A stretch of 32,000 nucleotides of DNA, taken from assembly GCF_002075285.3 (NCBI RefSeq), contig NZ_CP021983.2:3270001-3302000 (forward strand). The letters run 5' to 3'. Every line of letters starts with the position of its first letter. Position 1 is the first letter of the stretch. Below are positions 17,079-26,780 of the stretch, piece by piece. Position numbers and translations under genes: made by a program. The notes under the pieces were generated by a model, which was given only the letters and a program-made list of their open reading frames with translations, was not told the origin of the DNA and searched no databases. The DNA is from Halomicronema hongdechloris C2206. GTDB lineage: Bacteria; Cyanobacteriota; Cyanobacteriia; Phormidesmidales; Phormidesmidaceae.

Positions 17079-17120
17079 ACGATAGGTAAGCCTTAGAAAG
17101 TACTTTGTATATCCAACTAC
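17079..17120 (-). promoter_or_regulatory. NtcA-activated (class II-type) promoter for the nirA operon: GTA-N8-TAC box plus -10 box
   Basis: GTATATCCAACTAC at 17107-17120 fits GTA-N8-TAC exactly. On the minus strand, 22 nt downstream, is TATCGT (17084-17079), which fits TAN3T. This is the canonical GTAN8TAC-N22-TAN3T arrangement. It implies a leader of about 320 nt before nirA. Confidence 0.6.
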
Positions 17121-17158
17121 GGTTTGCTAAATATTTTGCAATAAACGTATAACGGCGA

Positions 17159-17171
17159 TGCATGTATTGCA
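17159..17171. promoter_or_regulatory. LysR-type T-N11-A dyad (TGCA-N5-TGCA), candidate NtcB binding site
   Basis: TGCATGTATTGCA lies within ATGCA-TGTAT-TGCAT (17158-17172). It is about 50 nt upstream of the NtcA box relative to nirA and sits between the divergent nirA and nirB-like/ntcB genes. Confidence 0.35.
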
Positions 17172-17217
17172 TGGAGAAGGACGGTGGTAGGCTAGAGCAG
17201 ACGAATCTAGGAGTCCT

Positions 17218-18354
17218 GTGTTGTCGCCTGTTTCCGATTCTCAAGGTGCGATGTTCTCCGACCAGCCTGCGGCCATCGCCACGGCTATTGACACCCTGCT
17301 GGCCGGAGATTTTCAGGACCGTTGGCAAGTTGCCAAGCAGTTTTCTGAGATTGGAGTCGCTGCCCTGCCGGCTCTGTTGGAACTGATGCAGGATGAAGCC
17401 CTAGATTGGGAGGTGCGCTGGTTTGTGACTCGCATTTTGGGTAACTTTGAATCATCGACGGCTATTGAGGCCCTGATTCAGTTACTTCTCCACAGTGACG
17501 ACGACGACCTGCGGCAAATGGCGGCGGCGGCTCTGGCTCAAATCGGCGTGGCCGCGGTCACTGCATTAGCTCCCTTGTTGCAATATCCGGTTCAGCGCCC
17601 CTTGGTGGTGCAGGCCTTGGCCCGTATCCCCCACCGTGCCGTTATCCCGCTACTGATGCAGGTGGTTCGAGATGAGCAAGCCAGCGTACGAGCGACAGCT
17701 ATGGCAGCCCTGGGCCATTTCTCCCAGCCAGATCTGTTGCCGGTGCTAATGATGGCTCTGGATGACCGTGAGGCTACGGTTCGAGCTGAAGCGGTTCGGG
17801 GTCTGGGCCGGTGGTCCGCCACTCAGATGCAGCCAGCCCATATTGCGCGCTTGGCCCAGGGGCTGACCGATGTTGATGACAACGTTGCCCAATTGACGGC
17901 TAACACCCTAGGACGGCTGGGTACCCCCCCTGCCATCACGGCCTTGATCACGGCGTTACAAGGACCGCCTCCCCCGGTTCACCGGCAAGTTGCCTTGGTG
18001 CGATCGCTAATGCGGTGTCTGACGGAAGGTGGCCTCAGCTGTCTGATGGAACGGTGGACGACCTTGGCGCTGCCGGCCCAGGCAGAGATCATTAGCGGTC
18101 TCAATCATTTAGAGGATAGGGCTCTGCAAGAGCAAGCTGCCATGACCCTCTGCCACTATCTGAGAGTCGGAATTGTCCCGGCTCCACTGTGGCCTCACCT
18201 GATTCTCACCCTAGGATACTTACGTCATCCCGATGCCCTGCCGCTGTTGCAACAGCTCCTGCAGGATGACGATCCGCGAGTGCGTATGCATGCGAGCGAA
18301 GCCCTGCGTCAACTCAATAGTCAGGGGAGCTCCTCTGCGCCTGAAGCCCCCTAA
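17218..18354 (+). CDS. HEAT-repeat (PBS-lyase-like) protein in the position of nirB
   Basis: Repeated ...VR..A..ALG... HEAT-like units (EVRWFVTRILG, ASVRATAMAALG, ATVRAEAVRGLG, PRVRMHASEAL). Divergent from nirA and directly upstream of a LysR gene, as with nirB-ntcB in Synechococcus/Anabaena. The start is GTG 17218 or ATG 17251. Confidence 0.7.
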   Translation: MLSPVSDSQGAMFSDQPAAIATAIDTLLAGDFQDRWQVAKQFSEIGVAALPALLELMQDEALDWEVRWFVTRILGNFESSTAIEALIQLLLHSDDDDLRQMAAAALAQIGVAAVTALAPLLQYPVQRPLVVQALARIPHRAVIPLLMQVVRDEQASVRATAMAALGHFSQPDLLPVLMMALDDREATVRAEAVRGLGRWSATQMQPAHIARLAQGLTDVDDNVAQLTANTLGRLGTPPAITALITALQGPPPPVHRQVALVRSLMRCLTEGGLSCLMERWTTLALPAQAEIISGLNHLEDRALQEQAAMTLCHYLRVGIVPAPLWPHLILTLGYLRHPDALPLLQQLLQDDDPRVRMHASEALRQLNSQGSSSAPEAP

Positions 18355-18461
18355 GCCATGATTCTTCCCATCAATTTGGTGTCGCTGATACAAATCTAGA
18401 GCCCGCTTCTGGTGATGATGCCTTAGGGAGCCACTGGAGCTTCCGATTGCAACTCATTGTC

Positions 18462-19373
18462 ATGCGTCTAGAACATCTACAGGCCTTTCTCTCTGTAGCT
18501 GCCACTGGCAGTTTCCAAAAGGCTGCCCAGGAATGTAATGTGACCCAATCTACCATCAGTCGCCAGATTCAAACCCTGGAAGCGGAACTGGGGACATCTC
18601 TATTTCACCGCACGTCCCAGGCCAAGCTCACCATCGCCGGAGACTGCCTCCTGCCCCAAGCCCGAAAAATTTCTCAGGCGTGGGCCCAGGCCGTGCAAGA
18701 GATCGATACGCTAATGGCCGGCAAGCAACCAGAGCTCTGTGTGGCGGCGATTCAGTCTGTCTGTGCCTATTTCTTGCCCCCGATTCTGCAGCAGTTTTGC
18801 CAGGTGTATCCAGAGGTGCAACTGCGGGTCACGGCCCTAGGCAGCGATCGTTCCCTGAAAGTATTGCGGGATGGCTTGGTGGATGTAGCCATTGTCATGG
18901 AAAATCCGCTGTTGACCACGGGGCCGGAAATGGTGGTCGATGTCCTCTATGAAGAACCGATTCAGGTACTGATGGCAGCCGAGCATCCCCTCAGTCGTTG
19001 TAGTGCTGTGCCCTGGGCTGAGCTCGTGCATCGTCCGCAAGTGATGTTTAAGGATGGCTATGGCATGCAGCGTTTGGTGAAGGAGCAGTTCCAGCGCTAT
19101 GGAGTAGAGCCTAAGACAGTGCTAGAGTTAAACACCCTGGAGGCCTTTCGGGGCATTGTGCGGCAGGGGCAGCTCATTGCCCTCTTGCCCCAATCGGCTC
19201 TGATCGATAGTCAACAGGATGAGACCCTGGCCATTCGCCCCACTGAAGATCCACCTTTGGTGCGGCGAGTGTTGCTAGTGACCACTCAGGATCGGGTTGA
19301 CATCCCTCCGATTCAACGGTTTTGTGCCTTGGTGCGCGGCGCCAATCAGCGCATCATTTCAGCCGTTGCCTAG
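18462..19373 (+). CDS. ntcB: LysR-family transcriptional activator of nitrate assimilation genes
   Basis: LysR HTH MRLEHLQAFLSVAATGSFQKAAQECNVTQSTISRQIQTLE. About 303 aa. Conserved position nirA <-> nirB-ntcB. The ATG at 18462 is preferred over the TTG at 18447. Confidence 0.75.
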   Translation: MRLEHLQAFLSVAATGSFQKAAQECNVTQSTISRQIQTLEAELGTSLFHRTSQAKLTIAGDCLLPQARKISQAWAQAVQEIDTLMAGKQPELCVAAIQSVCAYFLPPILQQFCQVYPEVQLRVTALGSDRSLKVLRDGLVDVAIVMENPLLTTGPEMVVDVLYEEPIQVLMAAEHPLSRCSAVPWAELVHRPQVMFKDGYGMQRLVKEQFQRYGVEPKTVLELNTLEAFRGIVRQGQLIALLPQSALIDSQQDETLAIRPTEDPPLVRRVLLVTTQDRVDIPPIQRFCALVRGANQRIISAVA

Positions 19374-19470
19374 GGGCCTAGTGGGGCATGGGTGCTATCA
19401 AGCACTGGTCCTGGCACCAATAGCCAGATGGCTAGGGCGGGTCGGCAAATGATTGGGAGGTGAGTGTGGC

Positions 19471-20544
19471 ATGAGTCATCAGTTTAGGGAATTGCTGAAG
19501 AAGGTTGGCAGTGGTACCCATACATCCAAGCAACTGACTCGGCAGGAGGCAGCCCTGGCCACTAGGATGATGTTGCAGCAGGAGGCCACTCCGGCCCAGA
19601 TTGGCGCCTTTCTCATCGCCCATCGCATCCGCCGACCCACCTCCATCGAGTTGGCCGGTATCTTAGATGCCTATGGGGTCTTAGGTCCGCGACTGTCTAG
19701 CCAGCCGTCCTCGAAAGCTGCTATGGTCTTCGGCTTGCCCTATGATGGTCGCTCTCGCACGGCCCCAGCCCAGCCGTTGGTGGCCCTGTTGCTGGCGACG
19801 ATGGGATGTCCTGTGGTGCTCCATGGCAGCAACTGTATGCCGACGAAGTACGGACTACCGCTGATCGATATCTGGCAGGGGCTTGGCATTGACTGGATGG
19901 GGCTATCCTTAGCCCAGGTACAGGCTGTGTTTCAGGCCACGGGGGTGGGCTTTCTCTATCTGCCAGAGCAGTTTCCCTTGGCTCAGGGACTGGTTCCCTA
20001 TCGAGAGCAGATTGGCAAGCGCCCCCCCATGGCCACGGCCGAGCTGATGTGGTGTCCCTATGCCGGAGACGCTTGTCTGGTGTCTGGGTATGTGCACCCG
20101 CCTACGGAGGGGTTATTAACGGGCACGCTGGATTTGCAGGGCATCCCCCATTACCTTACGGTGAAAGGTCTGGAGGGTAGTAGTGATCTACCCAGGGCTC
20201 GAACTGCCATCATTGGTATCCATCGTCACGGCAGCGAAGAGCGGCTGTTATTGCATGCCCGGGAGTATGGGTTGGGAGACAGCAGCGAATTCCCGTTGTC
20301 GGAGCCGTTAGTCTATATCGAGCAACTGCAGCAATTGCTCCGGGGAGCCCCTTCCCCGCTGATGCCGGTGGCCCTGTGGAATGGTGGCTTTTATCTCTGG
20401 CAAAGTGGCCTCTGTTCTAGCTTGGAGGCGGGCATCGCCCAGGCAGAAACCCTGCTGGTCAGTGGGCAAGTTCAAGAGACGGTGACTCGACTGTGCGATC
20501 GCATCGCCGCCAGCCGCCGCCGCGATCCCCTAATCCTGCGCTAG
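19471..20544 (+). CDS. Anthranilate phosphoribosyltransferase-like (glycosyltransferase family 3, TrpD2/CnaT-like) protein
   Basis: N-terminal helical domain (LTRQEAALATRMMLQQEATPAQIGAFLIAHRIR) and a G-rich core typical of TrpD-like proteins. It sits immediately downstream of ntcB, as cnaT does in Anabaena. The start is probably the ATG at 19471 (MSHQFRELL). Confidence 0.7.
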   Translation: MSHQFRELLKKVGSGTHTSKQLTRQEAALATRMMLQQEATPAQIGAFLIAHRIRRPTSIELAGILDAYGVLGPRLSSQPSSKAAMVFGLPYDGRSRTAPAQPLVALLLATMGCPVVLHGSNCMPTKYGLPLIDIWQGLGIDWMGLSLAQVQAVFQATGVGFLYLPEQFPLAQGLVPYREQIGKRPPMATAELMWCPYAGDACLVSGYVHPPTEGLLTGTLDLQGIPHYLTVKGLEGSSDLPRARTAIIGIHRHGSEERLLLHAREYGLGDSSEFPLSEPLVYIEQLQQLLRGAPSPLMPVALWNGGFYLWQSGLCSSLEAGIAQAETLLVSGQVQETVTRLCDRIAASRRRDPLILR

Positions 20545-21164
20545 CAAAAGTCTTGCCCCCCGATAGTGGCCCAGTCCTGGGGCGTGTTACAGTTCCACAG
20601 CACGGCGGCATGGGGCAAGGTTAAGGGCTGCACTGCCTCCTGATCTAGCCACCGCTGAAACGAGCGGCCCCCTCCGGCAGCAAACTGCTGCAAACTCTGG
20701 AGGCAACCTCGCCGATAGAAGCCACAGAGGGGTTCCCATCCCTGCTCAGTTCGCGGCACCCACGCCAGCATCTGCGGCGACACCTGGTCTAATTGGCTAG
20801 CCCACTGTTGCAGCAACGCCTCAGATAATCGCGGCAAGTCACAGGCCAACAACAGTACCCACTCGGTGGAAACCTGGGGCAGCCCTCGCAGAAAGCCCAT
20901 CAACGGTCCTGGGGGGGGCGTCCCCGGGGGATGAGACTCAGTAATGAAGCACACCGCCTGCGGCAGCTGCGAGCGATAGCGCTGTGGCCACGGAGTCACC
21001 ACCAGCACTGTTGGGCAACAGGTCAGAGCCAACCGACAGGTACGGCCCAGCAACGTGTCCCCTTGCCAGGGCAACAACGCCTTATCCTGGCCCATGCGAC
21101 GGCTCTGGCCGCCTGCTAAAATCAGCACCGACAACTGCTCAGCGCCATTTCCGGATGGACGCAC
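20541..21164 (-). CDS. mobA: Molybdenum cofactor guanylyltransferase
   Basis: N-terminal signature LILAGGQSRRMGQDKALLPW. About 200 aa. It supplies the bis-MGD cofactor needed by NarB. Its stop overlaps the convergent cnaT-like stop by 4 nt (CTAG). Confidence 0.85.
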   Translation of the reverse strand: MRPSGNGAEQLSVLILAGGQSRRMGQDKALLPWQGDTLLGRTCRLALTCCPTVLVVTPWPQRYRSQLPQAVCFITESHPPGTPPPGPLMGFLRGLPQVSTEWVLLLACDLPRLSEALLQQWASQLDQVSPQMLAWVPRTEQGWEPLCGFYRRGCLQSLQQFAAGGGRSFQRWLDQEAVQPLTLPHAAVLWNCNTPQDWATIGGQDFC

Positions 21165-21300
21165 ACCCCTATCCCCTTATCATCGCGATAGTATCGTCAG
21201 TATGTTAGGTATAGCCTTTATCAGGTAGCTTAGAACATAGCTGATTGGCAAACGCTACCATTGCCCCCAGGTCCACTGCACGTTGCTCCAAGGAGACACC

Positions 21301-21948
21301 ATGGTCGGAACTCAGACCTCAGCCCGCGATCTATTTCGCTCAGCCTACGAGAACCGATATACCTGGGATGCTAATTTTCCAGGGTATACGGCCAAGGTTA
21401 CCTATACCCACAACGGTCAGACGGTGACTGGCCAGGTACGGGTGGGAGCCGATCTGAAAGCCCAGGTCACAGACATCACCGATGAGACCGCCCAAAAAGC
21501 CGTTCATAACCAACTCTGGGAAACCGCCATCCACCGGGTACGGCGAGCCTTCGAAGACACCCACGGTCAAAATAGCTTTCAATACGGCCAAACCCTAGCC
21601 GATGGCGGCATTGAGATTCTCATGGGCGGTAAGGCCGACGGAGATCGCTACCACCTACGTGACAACCAAGTCACCATGGTGCATCGCCACATCCATGGCG
21701 TCGTGGTCACCATCCACACCTTTAGTAGCCATAACACTGGCGAGGGCTATCTCTCCCACCGCTACGACTCGATTTACCATGACCCCAAAACCGGTGAGCC
21801 CCGGGGCGGTAAAAGCGTGTTTGAAGATGACTACGAGCGCGTCGGCGACTACTTCATCCTTAGCCGTCGCCACGTGGTAACCGACACCGACCATGGTCCC
21901 GATACCCAGACCTTCGAATTTGCCAATATCGAGCTGTTGTCGCAGTAA
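21301..21948 (+). CDS. Conserved cyanobacterial hypothetical protein (DUF3386-like)
   Basis: ATG at 21301 preceded by AAGGAGA. The N-terminus ARDLFRSAYENRYTWDANFPGY resembles the DUF3386 family as I recall it. Confidence 0.65.
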   Translation: MVGTQTSARDLFRSAYENRYTWDANFPGYTAKVTYTHNGQTVTGQVRVGADLKAQVTDITDETAQKAVHNQLWETAIHRVRRAFEDTHGQNSFQYGQTLADGGIEILMGGKADGDRYHLRDNQVTMVHRHIHGVVVTIHTFSSHNTGEGYLSHRYDSIYHDPKTGEPRGGKSVFEDDYERVGDYFILSRRHVVTDTDHGPDTQTFEFANIELLSQ

Positions 21949-22032
21949 TCAGGTTGTAACTAGTACTCTGCGATGGAAATAATGCCCCTCTATTGGCTAA
22001 AGCAGGAAGGCGAACTGTATCAGCATTTCCTT

Positions 22033-22048
22033 GTCTGCCTTGGCAGAC
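22033..22048. terminator. Possible bidirectional hairpin between convergent genes
   Basis: GTCTGCC-TT-GGCAGAC is a perfect 7-bp inverted repeat between the stop at 21948 (+) and the stop at 22059 (-). There is no clear U-tract. Confidence 0.3.
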
Positions 22049-22058
22049 TAGCCCAGAG

Positions 22059-24818
22059 CTAGGGATTGCCGTAATTATCCAACCAAGGGAGTAGAGTCTG
22101 GAAGGGCAGGGGACGACTGAGAAGGTATCCCTGGGCCGCAACGCAGGAGAGCCCACAGAGCTGTTGCCGCTGTCCTGGAGTTTCTACTCCCTCTGCAATC
22201 ACCTGCAGCTGGAAGATGCGAGCGAGGGCCACGATCGCCTGGACAACATCCCATTTCTCGCCAAGGCTCTCGATGTCACCGATAAAGGAGCGATCGATTT
22301 TGAGGGTTTGAATTGACATCTGGTACAGGTGATTGAGGGAGGAATACCCCGTGCCAAAGTCATCTAAACTAATGCCAACGCCCAACTGTCGTAACTGCTC
22401 CAGGGTCTGGGCTGCTCGAGAGGCATCGTGGATAAATAGATTCTCGGTAATCTCAAACTGGAGCTGGCTGGGGCTGAGGTGATTTGCCCGTAATACCTCT
22501 GTCACCCACGACACAAAGTTGAGTTGGGCCAACTGCTTAGCCGATAGGTTGACACTGATAAATAGCCTGTCGAGGCTCGGGTAGGCCAGGAGAATTTGTC
22601 GCAAATGGTGACAGGCCTGCTGCAATACCCAGTTACCGATGGCAATAATCAGACCAGTTTCTTCTGCGATGGCGATAAATTGAATTGGGGAAACCTGACC
22701 TCGTTGTGGATGCTGCCAACGAATCAATGCCTCTATCCCCAAAATATGGCTAGTATTGAGGGCAATAATGGGCTGATACTCCAGATAAAACTCATCGCGA
22801 TCGAGGGCGCCCACCAAGTCATTGGCTAACTGTAATTGACCCAAGACATAGTCATGCATACCCGGTTGAAAGATGGCGTATTGAGCCTTACCAGAAGACT
22901 TGGCCTGGTACATGGCCGTATCGGCATCCCGCAGTAAATCTTCTGCTCGGGTATACGCGTCATTACCAAGAGCGATGCCGATACTCGCCGACGTATGCAC
23001 ATCTTGACCCTGGACGACCATGGGCTGAGCTACACTCTGCAACATCCGTTCGGAAGCGGTGATCACATCGTCTAAGCCGCTGACTTGATTGAGGAGAATG
23101 GCAAACTCATCGCCGCCGAGACGGGCTACCAAATCCCCGTCTCGCAGACACCCCTGCAACCGTTGGGCGATCGTAATCAACAGGTGATCTCCGGCTAGGT
23201 GGCCCAGGCTATCGTTGATAATCTTGAAGCGGTCGAGATCGATGAATAACACGGCAAATAGATCGCTTTTGCGGCGCCGGGAGGGTTGCAGCAGTTCATT
23301 GAGGATTTCTGTAAAGTAGGCTCGGTTAGGCAAGCCGGTGAGGGCGTCGTGGTTGGCTTGGTAGTGCAGCCGTTGTTCGAACTGCTTTTGCTCAGTAATA
23401 TCTCGCCCTACGGCGTAGAACGTGGTCTGCTCGGCTGAGTAAGCCAGGCTCCAAGCGATCCAAACATGGGTGTCTGTCTGGGTCTGGCAACGGGTTTGAA
23501 ATAGGACTCCGGGGCCCTCGCCTTGGCGTAATTGTTCGATGTGATGCTGGGCTGAGGCCACATCATCTGGGTGAATTAGATCATAAAAATTGCAGCCAAT
23601 GAGAGCATCGGTTTCGTAGCCTAATTTCCATAGAAATGCTGGATTCAGGCGCTGAAACTGTAGATCTTGGTCGGCAATAAAGAGTAAATCTAACGAGAGT
23701 TCAAAGAAGCGATCCCGTTCTTCCCGCAGCTTACTAATGGTGGTGCTATCGGTGATCACCCCGACGATGGCTTCGACCCTGTTGCCAGACTGACCGTCCC
23801 ACAGGGGCGTATACCAACACTCCAGGGTGTGCCCCAGGAGCTTGCGGGTCGCCATGAACGTCTCCCCTTGCAGGGCTCGGCGCATATCCTGGGGCAAGGG
23901 GGCTAAATCGGGGGCTAGGGTGTCTAAGGACTTTCCCACCCATTGTTCCGGAGTAAGGGGAAAACAGGACAAGCCCTGGCCCTCTGCCAGGGTAAATTGG
24001 CCCTGGGTATTCACGGCGAATAGGACAATGGGGGCCGAAGAGATGATGGTCCGTAATAGCGCCTGCTGCTTCCGTAGGGTCTGTTCGGCCTGTTTGCGGT
24101 CAGTGATGTCTCGTAGTGAGATCAAGGAGGCAGGGGTGCCTTCCCATTGCACGCCAGCTAACCGGATTTCAGCGGTTAGGGGATGATTATCGGAGGTATT
24201 CAACAATAACTCAGCGGTGTTATCGATCCCGGCAATGGGAAGGGTGGTGCCGACGAGCTCGGCTGCCGAGCGCCCAAATAATCGCTCCGCGGCAGGATTG
24301 GCAAATTGAATCACGTCTTGGGTGTTAGTGACTACCAGCCCATCGCTATGTTGATTGACCAGGATATGCCAGCGATGCTGGCTGGCTTCGAGGGCCTGCT
24401 TTTGTAGGGTTAATTCGGTCCAGAGGCGATGGCGCTCGATGGCATAGCGAATGGCTCGGGTCAAGTTCTGGGTGTCGACGTCTCCTTTGAGCAGATAATC
24501 TTGGGCTCCCGCTTGCACAGCCTTAAAGGCTAGGGTCTGATCGGTGTTGCCGCTAAGGATGACGATGGGCACCTGGGGAGAATGGTGACGGAGTCTCAAG
24601 AAGGTATCGAGCCCACTGCTATCGGGCAAGGATAAATCGAGGAGGACGAGGTCATAGGGTCTGTGCTGCAAGCAGTCGATGCCAGCAGCGAGACGATTGA
24701 CTTGGTGGATAGTGACTTGCCAATTGGTCGCCTCGCTCAAGTACTCATGGATGAGATCGACATCGGCTTCGTCATCTTCGATCAACAAAATTTCAATCTG
24801 AAGCATGTCCATAGCCAC
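22059..24818 (-). CDS. Response-regulator receiver / PAS x3 / GGDEF / EAL c-di-GMP signalling protein
   Basis: REC (LLIEDDEADV...DLVLLDLSLPDSSG...ILSG...LLKG). Several PAS-like segments. GGDEF (RLGGDEFAILL). EAL (EALIRW, DDFGTGYSSL, KIDRSF). Confidence 0.9.
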   Translation of the reverse strand: MAMDMLQIEILLIEDDEADVDLIHEYLSEATNWQVTIHQVNRLAAGIDCLQHRPYDLVLLDLSLPDSSGLDTFLRLRHHSPQVPIVILSGNTDQTLAFKAVQAGAQDYLLKGDVDTQNLTRAIRYAIERHRLWTELTLQKQALEASQHRWHILVNQHSDGLVVTNTQDVIQFANPAAERLFGRSAAELVGTTLPIAGIDNTAELLLNTSDNHPLTAEIRLAGVQWEGTPASLISLRDITDRKQAEQTLRKQQALLRTIISSAPIVLFAVNTQGQFTLAEGQGLSCFPLTPEQWVGKSLDTLAPDLAPLPQDMRRALQGETFMATRKLLGHTLECWYTPLWDGQSGNRVEAIVGVITDSTTISKLREERDRFFELSLDLLFIADQDLQFQRLNPAFLWKLGYETDALIGCNFYDLIHPDDVASAQHHIEQLRQGEGPGVLFQTRCQTQTDTHVWIAWSLAYSAEQTTFYAVGRDITEQKQFEQRLHYQANHDALTGLPNRAYFTEILNELLQPSRRRKSDLFAVLFIDLDRFKIINDSLGHLAGDHLLITIAQRLQGCLRDGDLVARLGGDEFAILLNQVSGLDDVITASERMLQSVAQPMVVQGQDVHTSASIGIALGNDAYTRAEDLLRDADTAMYQAKSSGKAQYAIFQPGMHDYVLGQLQLANDLVGALDRDEFYLEYQPIIALNTSHILGIEALIRWQHPQRGQVSPIQFIAIAEETGLIIAIGNWVLQQACHHLRQILLAYPSLDRLFISVNLSAKQLAQLNFVSWVTEVLRANHLSPSQLQFEITENLFIHDASRAAQTLEQLRQLGVGISLDDFGTGYSSLNHLYQMSIQTLKIDRSFIGDIESLGEKWDVVQAIVALARIFQLQVIAEGVETPGQRQQLCGLSCVAAQGYLLSRPLPFQTLLPWLDNYGNP

Positions 24819-25161
24819 CTCTCCGGAGCTTATTGCTGGCCATGGCGGGAAATGAATCTAGGTGCGATCGCAAATGAGTTTAAGACAAAGGTTTCTACCA
24901 TCTACAGAGATAAAACAATGCCCCCGCATCCCTCTTAAGTAAGGAAGTAGCTTAAATAAAGCGGTGTATCCTTAGCATTCCCTAGACATTTTCCGATGGA
25001 TAAATCATGAATGAGCTAGAACAAATAGTCCAGCCAATCTAGGCTGTCTTCCTCAGAGAACACTATTAAAAAATCATCATGGCCCAGCCATACTTTAACA
25101 ATGCCCCGAAGCCAGGCGATAGTAACACGTCGACAATCGTGTTGTACCAGGCCTACCTATC

Positions 25162-25953
25162 TTATGACTCGGGTGGATCGGGGCTAGGGGGTTGTTCATC
25201 GGCCCCGAGAGACTGATTAGAGGCAGAGGCCCGATCAAAGAGACCGAATAGGGGACCCAACACAGCGCCAAAGACAAATCCGCCAGCATGGGCCCAGTAG
25301 GCGACTCCACCTCCTTCCATACCCACCATGGCAGGGGCTTCTAAGCTAGACACCCCGTAGAGGGCCTGCTGTAAAAACCAGATGCCCAGGTATAAAATCG
25401 CCGGAATCCGCAGGGTCGTGAATAAAAAGCCTAGGGGGACAAAGGTGAGGATGCGGACTTCAGGAAAGCGGAAGATGTAGGCCCCCATCACCCCAGCAAT
25501 GGCGCCACTGGCGCCCAGGGATGGGATCTCGGACTCAGGAGCCACATACCACTGGGCCAGAGAGGCCAACACCCCACACAACAGATAGAACCCTAGAAAT
25601 TGGACCCGCCCCAGTTGCTCCTCAACATTGTTGCCGAAAATCCACAGGTAGAGCATATTGCCCCCCAGATGCAATAAGCCAGCATGGAGAAACTGACTGG
25701 TGATCAGGGTCAACCATTCCTCGGCGTTGACCACCGACACCCCCCCTTGAAAACTGGTGCTGAGTTGCTCTGGTACCATCGCCCAACTCTTAAAAAACGC
25801 CAGTAGGGCATCCGGGGGCAGGCTGATTTCTACCAAAAACACCAACACATTGACCGCAATCAGGCCATAGGTAACATAGGGCGTAATCCGAATGGGATTT
25901 TCGTCGCGAAGAGGAACCACGAGGTCTACCTGGATAACGGCGAGTCTGGACAT
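25162..25953 (-). CDS. Rhomboid-family intramembrane serine protease
   Basis: HAGLLHLGGNMLYLWIFG (the H..xxN motif) and the catalytic GASGAIAGVMGAY, plus AHAGGFVFG, in a multi-TM protein. Confidence 0.85.
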   Translation of the reverse strand: MSRLAVIQVDLVVPLRDENPIRITPYVTYGLIAVNVLVFLVEISLPPDALLAFFKSWAMVPEQLSTSFQGGVSVVNAEEWLTLITSQFLHAGLLHLGGNMLYLWIFGNNVEEQLGRVQFLGFYLLCGVLASLAQWYVAPESEIPSLGASGAIAGVMGAYIFRFPEVRILTFVPLGFLFTTLRIPAILYLGIWFLQQALYGVSSLEAPAMVGMEGGGVAYWAHAGGFVFGAVLGPLFGLFDRASASNQSLGADEQPPSPDPPES

Positions 25954-25997
25954 GTTCTAACATACCCAAACCTATCCTAATCTTTCTGGCCGAGCCG

Positions 25998-26747
25998 CTA
26001 ACTCATTTGCCGGGTAGGGCGAACCAACAAATCATGCACCTGGACATGGTCGGGCTGCTGCAAGATATAGGCTACGGCTGCTGCGATATCGTCTGGCTGC
26101 AGCACCGAGTACTGGCTATAAAGCTCGGTGGCCTTGGCCGCACTCTGATGATATTTCTCGGCAAATTCAGTCTGCACGAAGCCAGGACTGATGGAGGAAA
26201 TGCGAATGTCTGAGGCAGTCGCGCGCAGTTCCTGGCGCAGGCCCTCCGTCAGGGAACGGACGGCAAACTTAGTGGCCGAATAGACCCCACTGCCACCGGG
26301 CACCCGATGCCCCGACATAGAGCCGATGTGGATCACATGGCCGCGCCCTCCCTTGGCCCGCATGTCTCGAGTGGCTTCCCGAGTACAGATACACAGGGCC
26401 AGCACGTTGACCTCCAGCATGTCTCGCCAGGCGGCAGTTTCCCCATCCATCAGGGACTGCTTGTGCCCTAACCCGGCATTGTTGATCAAGACATCTACCC
26501 CACCCCAACGTTGGCGAATATCCTCGAAGAAGGCGAGGATATCGGCCTCACGACGTAGATCCACCGGTCGGGTAATGACCGCAGTTCCCTGGGCTACCAG
26601 TTCCTGTTGGAGGGTGTCTAGTTCCTCCTGCCGACGGGCACAGAGGGCTAAACGATAACCGTCTTGGCCCAGACGCTGGGCGATGGCACGGCCAATCCCA
26701 CTCGAGGCCCCGGTTACCATGGCCACTGATTGTAATTGATGAGTCAC
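25998..26747 (-). CDS. Short-chain dehydrogenase/reductase (SDR) family oxidoreductase
   Basis: Cofactor motif TGASSGIGRAIA, NNAG, and the catalytic YSATKFAV. Confidence 0.9.
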   Translation of the reverse strand: MTHQLQSVAMVTGASSGIGRAIAQRLGQDGYRLALCARRQEELDTLQQELVAQGTAVITRPVDLRREADILAFFEDIRQRWGGVDVLINNAGLGHKQSLMDGETAAWRDMLEVNVLALCICTREATRDMRAKGGRGHVIHIGSMSGHRVPGGSGVYSATKFAVRSLTEGLRQELRATASDIRISSISPGFVQTEFAEKYHQSAAKATELYSQYSVLQPDDIAAAVAYILQQPDHVQVHDLLVRPTRQMS

Positions 26748-26780
26748 TTTGGTGTGCTTCCTGATTTGACTGAGCCTGGG

